Below, piece by piece: positions 36,443-48,160 of a stretch of DNA of 64,000 nt. Source of the stretch: Nemertoderma westbladi. Taxonomy: Eukaryota > Animalia > Xenacoelomorpha. Positions within the stretch are counted from its first letter, which is position 1. Each line of letters opens with the position of its first letter. The DNA lies in the NCBI GenBank assembly GCA_032718475.1, contig JAUCBJ010001066.1, positions 1-64,000 of the forward strand, given 5' to 3'. The translations under genes were made by a program, and so were the position numbers. Under the pieces are notes generated by a model that was given only the letters and a program-made list of their open reading frames with translations, was not told where the DNA came from and searched no databases.

Positions 36443-39382
36443 TTACCTTGTTTTCCAGTGTCTTCTCTCTGCACTTCTCTCTGCTCTCTGGGCTTCTCTC
36501 TGTAATTTCACTTCTCCATCTAAGAATGACATGAGATCAGCCATGGTAGGGTCTCGTCGTTGTTGTTCCATCATATATAACACTTTCTTGTCCCAGCGTG
36601 TACCTACTCCACCCTTGGGCAAAGTAGATGCTAAGGCTCCTACAACCATAGAATTCTGGTATTCATGAGACTTACCTAGCCAATCTAATTGTCTACAGAT
36701 CTCCTGAATCTCATCGGAAAACTCTATAATCCCGCTGCTAAGAAACTTTCGGGGCGCCATTAATTTTGCATACAAATACCTAGCTATGTTATTCCTATTA
36801 CCATACCTGATGTTTAGTGTATCCCAAACTTGTCTTAATCCGTCTGGATGTCCAATAAATTTTAACGCCATTAACTTGGGAGGTCCTTCCAAGCATTCGA
36901 TGAGGTATCTGAGTTTCTCTCCGTTAGATAGCACAGAATTCTGTATGTTATCTTTGTAATATTCATTAAAAGGTAACCATTTCATCTCATCTCCATTGAA
37001 CTTGACGATCTCTCCAACCTTTACCGCTTGACGGGCTTCGGTTCTAGCCATTTGACGCGTAAAACTTTCTTGAGCCATCGTATTATTGAATATAGAATTA
37101 TCGGTATATAAATTTCTCGGATTATGATCAGGTCTATATGGAATATTATTATCAACAGGTTTATAATCACCCTGAATAGGGTTTACTATAGGAGTTTCTA
37201 CTTCACTAGCAGTATAGATGCGTGTAGGCTCCACACCTTGCGCATGAGATACTTCAGACCTAACGGGTTGACACATTGTTACAGGGGGTGGTGGTATACC
37301 CTTTTGTAAATTGACTAATTTATCGCGTTCGAACGCGATACTTTGCTGCACTTCTTGCAACTCTAACCTACTTTCCCTTACTGTGCCCTTGAATTGCTGA
37401 ACGGTCTCCTGCATCTGTCCGAGCAGGAGATCCATCCCCCGTCGTCTCTCATCCACCCATTCGACCGCCGAAGCGGGATTTGCCAACGTTGTAGCGGGCG
37501 GACGAGGGACAACGGGCGACAAATCATGAATATTTCGCTCAGAGTCCAGGGCATGAACTGTCTCATGGGCTGTTCTGCTGGGCACAGGTAGCTTGGTACT
37601 GTGCAAAGGGAATTTAGAGGTAGGTTCAGGGAGTACAGGTGTCTCTACCACTGAAAGGGTGGCTTCGGGAACAGGCCTAATTATTTCAGGCTCATCTACT
37701 ATAGTAGGGAGTCTTTCTATTGTAATTATTTGGTCTGTGGGTTCTGTACTACCCAAGTTGGTATTATTTAGTTGCCTTCTAACAGCTGGAGGCAAATCAG
37801 GCAATTTCTGACGGTGGGATGTTCTTTTACGTCTGCTTAGGTGAGATCTATTTCCTTTGCCTTCAGTATCGGTGGTATCGCCTTCCTCAGATGATGTATA
37901 TCCCTGTCTTTTGGGAGTAGATCGATTCATCATCTGCATATTACTAGCTGTTAACTGTTTATTTATGCAGTCTTGATTCTCCTGAATATTTTCCAATTCT
38001 AATTGGGCGATCTCTTCAGCCGCTATCTGCTCTGCTTCTGCCGCTGCCATTGCCGCTTTTCTTTCCATTTCAGCTGCTTTTCTTTTCGCTTCTGCCTCTG
38101 CCGCTGCCGCTGCCGCTGCCACTGCCGCTTTTCTTTCCATTTTGGCTGCTTTACTTTCCTCTTCGGCTGCTTTCCTTTCGGCTTCTGCAGCTGCTACTGC
38201 TGCTTTCTTTCTGTCTTCTATGCGTTTTTTCTTCACCCTTTCTTCTTGGTCTCTAGCGATGCGGAGTTGTTCATCGAATTTAGCTTGGTTCGCCGCTAAC
38301 CTATCCACATCAATTGCGTCCAACACATGCTGGGCTCCTTCACTATTAGGGCTAAGTCCATCTAGCCTTCTCCTCAACTCTTCATCTCCCAAAAAACGCT
38401 GATAGTCTGACAGATAGATGTCAATGGCATCCCTCTTATGCGGTTTCTCTGCCGTCGCTTCACTTTCCACTTGGGAAAAAGTAGCGTCTGTTGATTCTCC
38501 ATGGGTTGAGCGCTCCTCCAGCTGAGCTTTCCACTGAGCTGTTCCTTGAACCTGGAGACTCACCCGTTGAAACCAAGTCTTTACGGCAACTTGCAACGAC
38601 GTGTCTTGTCTTCTTTTAGAAGCCTCTTCAAAGGCTGATAATATTAGCCTGATTCGCAGAATTCTTTCTCTAACTTGATAAAGCAGTTGTCCCTGCTCTT
38701 GAGGTCCTTGAGGTTGTTGGAACAGTTGTTCTTTTACTCGCTCCATAGAGCTGAAGAATCCCTGTGCGTATCCGGCTGCGGACCTCTTCCACACAGCTGG
38801 ATCGATGGTTTCCTTGGCTACTCCCATCCGGTGTATGTCTTCCCAGGCAGCTTCTGATAAATCAAACGGGAGTCCGGGTCCGGGAAAGTTCCATTGCGAC
38901 TCGACCATAGACTTCAGTTCTTCCCTTGTGTATCCCTCATAACTATCTTTAGTTGATCGCTTACTTCTCGCCCAATCGATCTGGTGTTCTTCCACCGCAA
39001 TCAATAACCTAGTGAGTACGGCTGCAGGAAGGATGAGAAGGGGATCCGAATAAACCGCATCCGTCATCCTTGCTCCGCGCTCGGGTGTCAGCTCTACAGT
39101 ATCCTCACTACTGGAGCTGTCGGGCCGCTGAGAAATAAGTTCTTGGCTCGCGGGTTGTTGCTGTTCCGCTGCTTCTTGGTCCCGCTTGACCTGGGCTCGA
39201 GTGCCTATGATAGACCTATGGTGTTGGACCAGCCTAGGTTCTGTTATTACTACTGGAGGGATGACCTTCCTCACAGTGGGAGGTGAACTGAACTTAGGTG
39301 TAGACGGTTCTACACCCTTATCTGAGTCGCAAATAGTTGCATCTAATAAACTGTCTGACAGGTTCTGCTTAGTATCAGACAT
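36443..39382 (-). CDS. BEL/Pao Gag N-terminal/capsid ORF (979 aa) with long coiled-coil and low-complexity extension
   Basis: C-terminal IVKFNGDEMKWLPFNEYY...LSNGEKLRYLIECLEG...WDTLNIRYGN is the BEL/Pao gag core (DUF1759-type). AAAEAERKAAE repeats lie upstream. Confidence 0.82.
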   Translation of the reverse strand: MSDTKQNLSDSLLDATICDSDKGVEPSTPKFSSPPTVRKVIPPVVITEPRLVQHHRSIIGTRAQVKRDQEAAEQQQPASQELISQRPDSSSSEDTVELTPERGARMTDAVYSDPLLILPAAVLTRLLIAVEEHQIDWARSKRSTKDSYEGYTREELKSMVESQWNFPGPGLPFDLSEAAWEDIHRMGVAKETIDPAVWKRSAAGYAQGFFSSMERVKEQLFQQPQGPQEQGQLLYQVRERILRIRLILSAFEEASKRRQDTSLQVAVKTWFQRVSLQVQGTAQWKAQLEERSTHGESTDATFSQVESEATAEKPHKRDAIDIYLSDYQRFLGDEELRRRLDGLSPNSEGAQHVLDAIDVDRLAANQAKFDEQLRIARDQEERVKKKRIEDRKKAAVAAAEAERKAAEEESKAAKMERKAAVAAAAAAAEAEAKRKAAEMERKAAMAAAEAEQIAAEEIAQLELENIQENQDCINKQLTASNMQMMNRSTPKRQGYTSSEEGDTTDTEGKGNRSHLSRRKRTSHRQKLPDLPPAVRRQLNNTNLGSTEPTDQIITIERLPTIVDEPEIIRPVPEATLSVVETPVLPEPTSKFPLHSTKLPVPSRTAHETVHALDSERNIHDLSPVVPRPPATTLANPASAVEWVDERRRGMDLLLGQMQETVQQFKGTVRESRLELQEVQQSIAFERDKLVNLQKGIPPPPVTMCQPVRSEVSHAQGVEPTRIYTASEVETPIVNPIQGDYKPVDNNIPYRPDHNPRNLYTDNSIFNNTMAQESFTRQMARTEARQAVKVGEIVKFNGDEMKWLPFNEYYKDNIQNSVLSNGEKLRYLIECLEGPPKLMALKFIGHPDGLRQVWDTLNIRYGNRNNIARYLYAKLMAPRKFLSSGIIEFSDEIQEICRQLDWLGKSHEYQNSMVVGALASTLPKGGVGTRWDKKVLYMMEQQRRDPTMADLMSFLDGEVKLQREAQRAERSAERRHWKTR

Positions 39383-39535
39383 GTTTGTTTACACAGTTGA
39401 ATGCCTACTGCTATATTACAGTCTAAGCAAGTCTAGTAATTCAGCATTAACTGCTAACCTAGTAATTAATTACCGATACTGCTACTCAGTGTAGCGTGAT
39501 ATATATATAATATTAGAATACCGGTATGCTTATAG

Positions 39536-40431
39536 TCCACGAAGCTAAGGAAAATCAACTACTTTCGCTAAGAAAGATTTTCCTTAGCTGAGATGGTCTA
39601 TTCATAGTGGGCTATTTTACTTGTGTGAGGCAGATTTGGGGTTTTTTGATAGGCGAAAAAACTAGCCTTTAAAAGTACCCTGAAATTTTGCATGTATATA
39701 CTACTCGGCGAGGCGCATCTTTTGGGCCGGGTCTCATATCCAGGAAAAATCTGGTTTCCATGGCAACGGACTTCAAAAAAAGTCTATGTATTTCAAGTCA
39801 ATATTTATAACTCTATTTGTAGGAAAACTATAATAGATTTAAACTTGGGGTTTTGCAACACAACTATAAGGTCCATAGCAGATCCGATTGAGGCTAAATA
39901 GAAAATCCAGTTACCTTGGCAACCGAGATAAACAGATGTTAAAATTTATAAAATGTTAATTTGAGGCCTAAGGGCAAGGTGTTATGACTTGGGACCAACC
40001 CCTACCCCCACTATATAACTTATTCTGCATCCGAATTACATTGTTCTATTTTTCAGTTACCATGACAACAGCCGAAAACAGATGTTTTTATACAAAAATT
40101 ATTCATTTGGACATAGACTTCGCGATAAAATTTTACAAAACTGGGTATGTGTTATCTGCACCACTAGTTGGAACTTTTAGTGAAACTTAAATCATTCCAG
40201 AAATTTAGTTACCATGGTAACTGTAGTTTATTAAACTCTATATCATTCAAGTCTATATTGATAACTCTATTTCTAGCAAAACTGTAATATATATAAACTT
40301 GGGGTTTTGTAACTCATCTATAATTTCCATATCCATCCAAGCCGTTTGAGGTTAATTAGAAAGTACAGTTACCATAGCAACAAGACTAAACAGATGTTAC
40401 TATTTATAAAATGATAATTTGAAGCACAAGT
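39536..40431 (+). mobile_element. Helitron-like non-autonomous element, copy 1 (5' 896 bp only, tandem duplicate of copy 2)
   Basis: Starts TCCACGAAGCTAAGGAAAATC; the sequence repeats with period 896 at 40432. Confidence 0.7.
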
Positions 40432-42087
40432 TCCACGAAGCTAAGGAAAATCAACTACTTTCGCTAAGAAAGATTTTCCTTAGCTGAGATGGTCTATTCA
40501 TAGTGGGCTATTTTACTTGTGTGAGGCAGATTTGGGGTTTTTTGATAGGCGAAAAAACTAGCCTTTAAAAGTACCCTGAAATTTTGCATGTATATACTAC
40601 TCGGCGAGGCGCATCTTTTGGGCCGGGTCTCATATCCAGGAAAAATCTGGTTTCCATGGCAACGGACTTCAAAAAAAGTCTATGTATTTCAAGTCAATAT
40701 TTATAACTCTATTTGTAGGAAAACTATAATAGATTTAAACTTGGGGTTTTGCAACACAACTATAAGGTCCATAGCAGATCCGATTGAGGCTAAATAGAAA
40801 ATCCAGTTACGTTGGCAACCGGGATAAACAGATGTTAAAATTTATAAAATGATAATTTGAGGCCTAAGGGCAAGGTGTTATGACTTGAGACCAACCCCTA
40901 CCCCCACTATATAACTTATTCTGCATCCGAATTACATTGTTCTATTTTTCAGTTACCATGACAACAGCCGAAAACAGATGTTTTTATACAAAAATTATTC
41001 ATTTGGACATAGACTTCGCGATAAAATTTTACAAAACTGGGTATGTGTTATCTGCACCACTAGTTGGAACTTTTAGTGAAACTTAAATCATTCCAGAAAT
41101 TTAGTTACCATGGTAACTGTAGTTTATTAAACTCTATATCATTCAAGTCTATATTGATAACTCTATTTCTAGCAAAACTGTAATATATATAAACTTGGGG
41201 TTTTGTAACTCATCTATAATTTCCATATCCATCCAAGCCGTTTGAGGTTAATTAGAAAGTACAGTTACCATAGCAACAAGACTAAACAGATGTTACTATT
41301 TATAAAATGATAATTTGAAGCACAAGTTAATAGTATTATGACTTGGGACCAAGACCTACCCCCACTATATGACTTATTCTGCATCCGAATTACATTATTA
41401 TATTTTTCAGTTTCCATGACAACCACTGCAAACAGATGCATTTTGATAGAAAATCGGTAATTTGGACATAAACTACAATATTTTCTGAAACTCGGTATAT
41501 GTGTTATAATCTGAACCACAATCTGGACTGAATCTTTTTTCAAAGGTAAAACCCACAGTTCCAGAGAACTCTAGTTTCCATGGGAATAGACGTAAATTAT
41601 TGGCAATTGCTACTAAACTAGGCTATAAGCAACGAACCAAAGTGTGGCCGTTTGTTTAATTTTCCTTAGCTTCGTGGTTGCATTTCCTTTAGGAAATGCC
41701 TTTCTCGTAATAGTATTATGACTTGGGACCAAGACCTACCCCCACTATATGACTTATTCTGCATCCGAATTACATTATTATATTTTTCAGTTTCCATGAC
41801 AACCACTGCAAACAGATGCATTTTGATAGAAAATCGGTAATTTGGACATAAACTACAATATTTTCTGAAACTCGGTATATGTGTTATAATCTGAACCACA
41901 ATCTGGACTGAATCTTTTTTCAAAGGTAAAACCCACAGTTCCAGAGAACTCTAGTTTCCATGGGAATAGAAGTAAATTATTGGCAATTGCTACTAAACTA
42001 GGCTATAAGCAACGAACCAAAGTGTGGCCGTTTGTTTAATTTTCCTTAGCTTCGTGGTTGCATTTCCTTTAGGAAATGCCTTTCTCG
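40432..42087 (+). mobile_element. Helitron-like element copy 2 (40432-41707) plus a 380-bp tandem duplication of its 3' end
   Basis: 5' TC. The 3' end has the subterminal IR ATTTTCCTTAGCTTCGTGG, the hairpin GCATTTCCT-TT-AGGAAATGC and CTTTCTCG|T. The 3' segment repeats at 41708-42087. Confidence 0.72.
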
Positions 42088-42206
42088 TATATATAAGTAT
42101 TATTAGTAACTAGAATTAATTACAGAATACCGGTATGATTTCAGCACAAATATATAAATATATAATAGGCCTATCGTGGATACCGGTATGCAGTTTACAC
42201 TTATAG

Positions 42207-43479
42207 TCCACGAAGCTAAGGAAAATCAACTACTTTCGCTAAGAAAGATTTTCCTTAGCTGAGATGGTCTATTCATAGTGGGCTATTTTACTTGTGTGAG
42301 GCAGATTTGGGGTTTTTTGATAGGCGAAAAAACTAGCCTTTAAAAGTACCCTGAAATTTTGCATGTATATACTACTCGACGAGGCGCATCTTTTGGGCCG
42401 GGTCTCATATCCAGGAAAAATCTGGTTTCCATGGCAACGGACTTCAAAAAAAGTCTATGTATTTCAAGTCAATATTTATAACTCTATTTGTAGGAAAACT
42501 ATAATAGATATAAACTTGGGGTTTCGCAACACAACTATAAGGTCCATAGCAGATCCGATTGAGGCTAAATAGAAAATCCAGTTACCTTGGCAACCGGGAT
42601 AAACAGATGTTAAAATTTATAAAATGTTAATTTGAAGCCTAAGGGCAAGGTGTTATGACTTGGGACCAACCCCTACCCCCACTATATAACTTATTCTGCA
42701 TCCGAATTACATTGTTCTATTTTTCAGTTACCATGACAACCGCTGAAAACAGATGTTTTTATTCAAAACTTATTCATTTGGACATAGACTTCACGATAAA
42801 ATTTTACAAAACTGGGTATGTGTTATCTGGACCACTAGTTGGAACTTTTAGTGAAACTCAAAACATTCCAGAAATATCTAGTTACCGTGGTAACTGGAGT
42901 TTATTACAGATTATATCATTCAAGTCTATATTCATAACTCTATTTGTAGAAAAACCGCAATAGATATAAACTTGGGGTTTCTCAACTCAACTATAAGGTT
43001 CATATCCAAGCCGTTCGAGGTTAATTAGAAATTCCAGTCACCATAGCAACAAGACTAAACAGATATTAAAATTTATAAAATGATAATTTGAAGCACAAGT
43101 TAATAGTATTATGACTTGGGACCAACACCTACCCCCACTATATGACTTATTCTGCATCCGAATTACATTGTTCTATTTTTCAGTTTCCATGACAACCACT
43201 ACAAACAGATGCATTTTGATAGAAAATCGGTAATTTGGACATAAACTACAATATTTTCTAAAACTCAGTACATGTGTTATCTGAACCACAATCTGTACTG
43301 AATTTTTTTTCAAAGGTTAAAGCAACAGTTCCAGCGAACTCTAGTTTCCATGGGAATAGAAGTTAATTATTGACAATTGCTACTAAACGAGGCTAAGCAA
43401 GCAACGAACCAAAGTGTGGCCGTTTGTTTAATTTTCCTTAGCTTCGTGGTTGCATTTCCTTTAGGAAATGCCTTTCTCG
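42207..43479 (+). mobile_element. Helitron-like element copy 3
   Basis: Same termini. Shares the left flank CTTATAG with copy 1 and the right flank ATATATAAGTAT...GAATACCGGTATGATTTCAGC with copy 2. Confidence 0.72.
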
Positions 43480-43746
43480 TATATATAAGTATAATTATTA
43501 ACTAAAATTAATTACAGAATACCGGTATGATTTCAGCCTAAGTTTATGAAAATAAAGATAATAAGCCTATTGTAAATACCGGTATATCAATTATTTTAAA
43601 TAATTGAATTTCTGAATTTTAAGGGTTACTTGGTTACTTTAACTTACTTTATCGCCGTTATTTAAGCAGTAGTCCAACTGATATTGAGACCTAATTGTTA
43701 TATGGCAGGCCTACTATTTATAAATCGTTTGAGTTGATTTATAATA

Positions 43747-45028
43747 TCCACGAAGCTAAGGAAAATCAACTACTTTCGCTAAGAAAGATTTTCCTTAGCT
43801 GAGATGGTCTATTCATAGTGGGCTATTTTACTTGTGTGGGGCAGATTTGGGGTTTTTTGGTCGGGGAAAAAACTAGCCTTTAAAAGTACCCTGAAATTTT
43901 GCATGTATATACAACTCATCAAGGCGCGTCGTGTGGGACGGGTCTCATCTCCAGGAAAAATCTGGTTTCTATGGCAACGGACTTAGAAAAAAGTCTATGT
44001 ATTTCAAGTCAATATTTGTAACTCTATTTGTAGGAAAACTATAATACATATAAACTTGGGGTTTCTCAACACAACTATAAGGTCCATAGCAGAGCCGATT
44101 GAGGTTAAATAGAAAATCCAGTTACCTTGGCAACCGGGCTAAACAGATGTTAAAATTTTTAAAATGTTAATTTGAAGCCTAAGGTTAAGGTGTGATGACT
44201 TGGGACCAATCCCTACCCCCACTATATAACTTATTCTGCGTCCGAATTTGATTGTTCTATTTTGCAGTTACCTTGACAACCGCTGAAAACAGATGTTTTT
44301 ATACGAAAATTATTCATTTGTACATAGACTTCACGATAAAATTTTACGAAACTAGGTATGTGTTATCTGGACCACTAGTTGGAACTTTTAGTGAAACTCA
44401 AAACATTCCAGAAATATCTAGTTACCATGGTAACTGTAGTTTTTTTAAAGTTATATATCATTCAAGTCTATAATCATAACTCTATTTGGAGAAAAACTGT
44501 AATATATATAAACTTGGGGTTTTGCAACTCATCTATAAGGTCCATATACAAACCGTTCGAGGTTAATTTGAAAATCCAGCTACCATAGCAACAAGACTAT
44601 ACAGATGTTAAAATTTATAAAATGATAATTTGAAGCACAAGTTAATAGTATTATGACTTGGGACCAACACCTACCCCCACTATATGACTTATTCTGCATC
44701 CGAATTACATTGTTCTATTTTTCAGTTTCCCTGACAACCACTGCAAACAAACCGATGCATTTTCATAGAAAATCGGTAATTTGAACATAAACTACAATAT
44801 TTTCTGAAACTCGGTATATATGTTATCTGAACCACAATCTGGACTAAATCTTTTTTCAAAGGTTAAACCAACAGTTCCAGAAAACTGTAGTTTCCATGGG
44901 AATATAAGTTAATTATATTGGAAAATGCTACTAAACTAGGCTAAGTTAAGCAACGAACCAAAGTGTGGCCGTTTGTTTAATTTTCCTTAGCTTCGTGGTT
45001 GCATTTCCTTTAGGAAATGCCTTTCTAG
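43747..45028 (+). mobile_element. Helitron-like element copy 4
   Basis: A|TC start at 43747 and hairpin + CTAG|T end at 45028: canonical Helitron ends at an AT target with no TSD. Confidence 0.78.
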
Positions 45029-45159
45029 TATATATACCCGTTTAATGGGTTTTGTCAATGTTTGAAATAAATGTTATTATTTCTGGGGGAGTCACTACAC
45101 ATAAGCTGTGCGCTCTCAGTGGAGTGCTACTTGTTAGACACTAAAACAAATAATTCTAA

Positions 45160-46630
45160 TCCACGAAGCTAAGGAAAATCAACTACTTTCGCTAAGAAAG
45201 ATTTTCCTTAGCTGAGATGGTCTATTCATAGTGGGCTGTTTTACTTGTATGGAGCAGATTTAGTGTTTTTTGATAGGTGAAAAAACTAGCCTTTAAAAGT
45301 ACCCTGAAATTTTGCATGTATATACAACTCATCAAGGCGCGTCGTGTGGGATGGGTCTCATATCCAGGAAAAATCTGGTTTCCATGGCAACGGACTTAGA
45401 AAAAAGTCTATGTATTTCAAGTCAATATTTGTAACTCTATTTGTAGGAAAACTATAATACATATAAACTTGGGGTTTCTCAACACAACTATAAGGTCCAT
45501 AGCAGAGCCGATTGAGGTTAAATAGAAAATCCAGTTACCTTGGCAACCGGGCTAAACAGATGTTAAAATTTTTAAAATGTTAATTTGAAGCCTAAGGTTA
45601 AGGTGTGATGACTTGGGACCAATCCCTACCCCCACTATATAACTTATTCTGCGTCCGAATTTGATTGTTCTATTTTGCAGTTACCATGACAACCGCTGAA
45701 AACAGATGTTTTTATACAACAATTATTCATTTGGACATAGACTTCACGATAAAATTTTACAAAACTGGGTATGTGTTATCTGGACCACTAGTTGGAACTT
45801 TTAGTGAAACTCAAAACATTCCAGAAATATCTAGTTACCATGGTAACTGGAGCTTATTAAAGTCAATATCATTCAAGTCTATATTTTTAACTCTTGTTTG
45901 TAGGAAAACTGTATTAGATATAAATATTGGGTTTCCCAACTCAACTATAAGGAAGGTCCTTAGAGGAGCCAATTGTGGTTAATTAGAAAATCCAGTTACC
46001 TTGGTAACCAGGCTAAACAGATGTTATAATTTAAAAAATTATAATTAGAAACACAAGTTAAAGGCATTATGACTTGGGACCAACCCCTACCACCATAATA
46101 TCACTTATTCTGCATCCAATCTACGTTGTTCTATTTGCCAGTTACCTTGACAACCACTGCAAACAGACTTTTTAACAAATTAATAATTAATTTTGCACAT
46201 AAACTACTCAATGAAGCTTCCTTGAAGTCGATGTGTCACCTGGAACCACAAACTAGATCTTAATGTAAAACTCAGCATTTCTAGAAAAGTCCAGTTACCT
46301 TGGCAATACCGGGAGTTCTTTTAACTCGGTAAATCAATGAACTGATGAGTCAAAGAGTGTCTAATTTTCCTTAGCTTCGTGGTTGCATTTCCTTTAGGAA
46401 ATGCCTTTCTAGTTTACCTAAGTCTTCCTTGAAGTCGATGTGTCACCTGGAACCACAAACTAGATCTTAATGTAAAACTCAGCATTTCTAGAAAAGTCCA
46501 GTTACCTTGGCAATACCGGGAGTTCTTTTAACTCGGTAAATCAATGAACTGATGAGTCAAAGAGTGTCTAATTTTCCTTAGCTTCGTGGTTGCATTTCCT
46601 TTAGGAAATGCCTTTCTAGTTTACCTAAGT
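45160..46630 (+). mobile_element. Helitron-like element copy 5 (45160-46412, divergent 3' half) plus a 207-bp tandem duplication of its 3' end and flank
   Basis: A|TC...CTAG|T. 46217-46423 is repeated at 46424-46630. Confidence 0.75.
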
Positions 46631-47292
46631 TACTTAATACTACAAATTACGTACAATTCTGGTTGAGATTACAATCTCTAAATAAACACAAAAATTTAAT
46701 TACAAATACACAAATACGAATTTTTAGGGTAATTTTACAAGAAGTCTACTAACCAGCCTAACAAAGGGTTAGAATATCTGGTTATTACAACGGACAGTTA
46801 CTACGGTATTTGAAAATAATAAGTAGTAGTAAATATACTGCACTGTCCAGATAGGAAAATACCACCGCCTGACGACCTATAACCGTATCGCTATAGGTAC
46901 TACGTTATGTATCACGGAGTGTTCCTACCTAGAGATTAATTACCGCGGTCTACCAGAACCAACGTGCCTATTAACCACTTTACAACACAAATATACTGCC
47001 TACACACTAATCACCTTCGGAAAGTACAGTACACTAAACCCTAAATTAGGTACAAGTACTTGTACGACAAATAATTAGTAGTTAAAAATACTTGAACAGC
47101 TAAAAGAACCACGGTATCTGCCGGAGTGACCAAAGCATAAAATCTCCAATCTTTACCTACACCGAGCAGCCCTGATGTAGTACCGGGGTTAGTTTAACTA
47201 TAACGGTATGTATAACAAACACAATTACTGTAGGAATAAACTTGGGGATATGAATGTTGCGAATAATCGCATAAACTCTGAATAATAAATAT

Positions 47293-47860
47293 TACGCTAC
47301 GCGTACAAACTACTCAAACAAAATGCAGACCAAATACTGACAGACTACTATCAAGCCTAAACAAACTACGGTATATGCAGACTCCGAAATGATTAGTTAG
47401 TATGCGTTCTAACCCAGTAGTACGACTTATTCTTTCACAGGGGGTTTACCTCACAGCACTTGAAGCCCCTACTTTCCTAACTTAGCACTTTATCGGACAG
47501 ATGCTCTACACACACCGAAATTTCCTCAAACCCAACAACAGCCAGACAACTATCCAGCCTACAAATTATCTAAATAAAATTATACGCTACCCGTACAGAC
47601 TACACAAACAAAGTACAGACCAAACGCTGGCGGACTCCTATCAGGCCTAAATAAACCACAGGACATGCAGACTCCGAAATGGTTAAGTAGTATGCATTCT
47701 AACCCAGTAGTACGACTTATTCTTTAGATGGGGGTTTACCTTACAGCTATGGCTGCCCCTACTTCCTAACCGTTCTTTATCGGACATACACTCTACATGC
47801 ACTGCAATCCGTTCAGACCTAATCAACAGTTAGCCAACAGTCAAGCCTACAAATTATCTG
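47293..47860. repeat. Two diverged ~290-bp tandem units in the retrotransposon leader
   Basis: TACGCTAC...GCAGACTCCGAAATG...TTCTAACCCAGTAGTACGACTTATTCTTT...AGCCTACAAATTATCT at 47293 and 47583. Confidence 0.8.
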
Positions 47861-48160
47861 TACAATCTGAGCAGGCTTACACGCCTTCTGCTCAATACTG
47901 GCCTACAAATAAATAAAACTTGACAGAAACAAGTAAAATCTCAATAAAAAACCAGGGCGGCCGTCCCTGATTAATTATTAAGGCCTACCGGTATATAATT
48001 ATCAAAATCGAATAATACTGATGTACCTGTACCGTAAGTACCGGTTCGGATGATCAGGCAGTCAGGCCTACTGGTTACAGCAGTACAGGTTACCGTTCGA
48101 CCGGTACCGGTACTTTAGACTAGATTGCTTACACCGCAATCCAGAAGCTATATCTGTTAT

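Noticed and set aside
39692-45982. Repeated 69-105 aa ORFs (MYILLGEAHLL..., MTWDQPLPP...)
   Set aside because: They recur only because the non-coding Helitron-like unit is repeated; stops and frames vary between copies and there are no Rep/helicase motifs.
48125-48160. Primer-binding site next to the 5' LTR
   Set aside because: The first TGG on the minus strand is ~17 nt from the LTR and I cannot match it confidently to a tRNA 3' end without a tRNA set.
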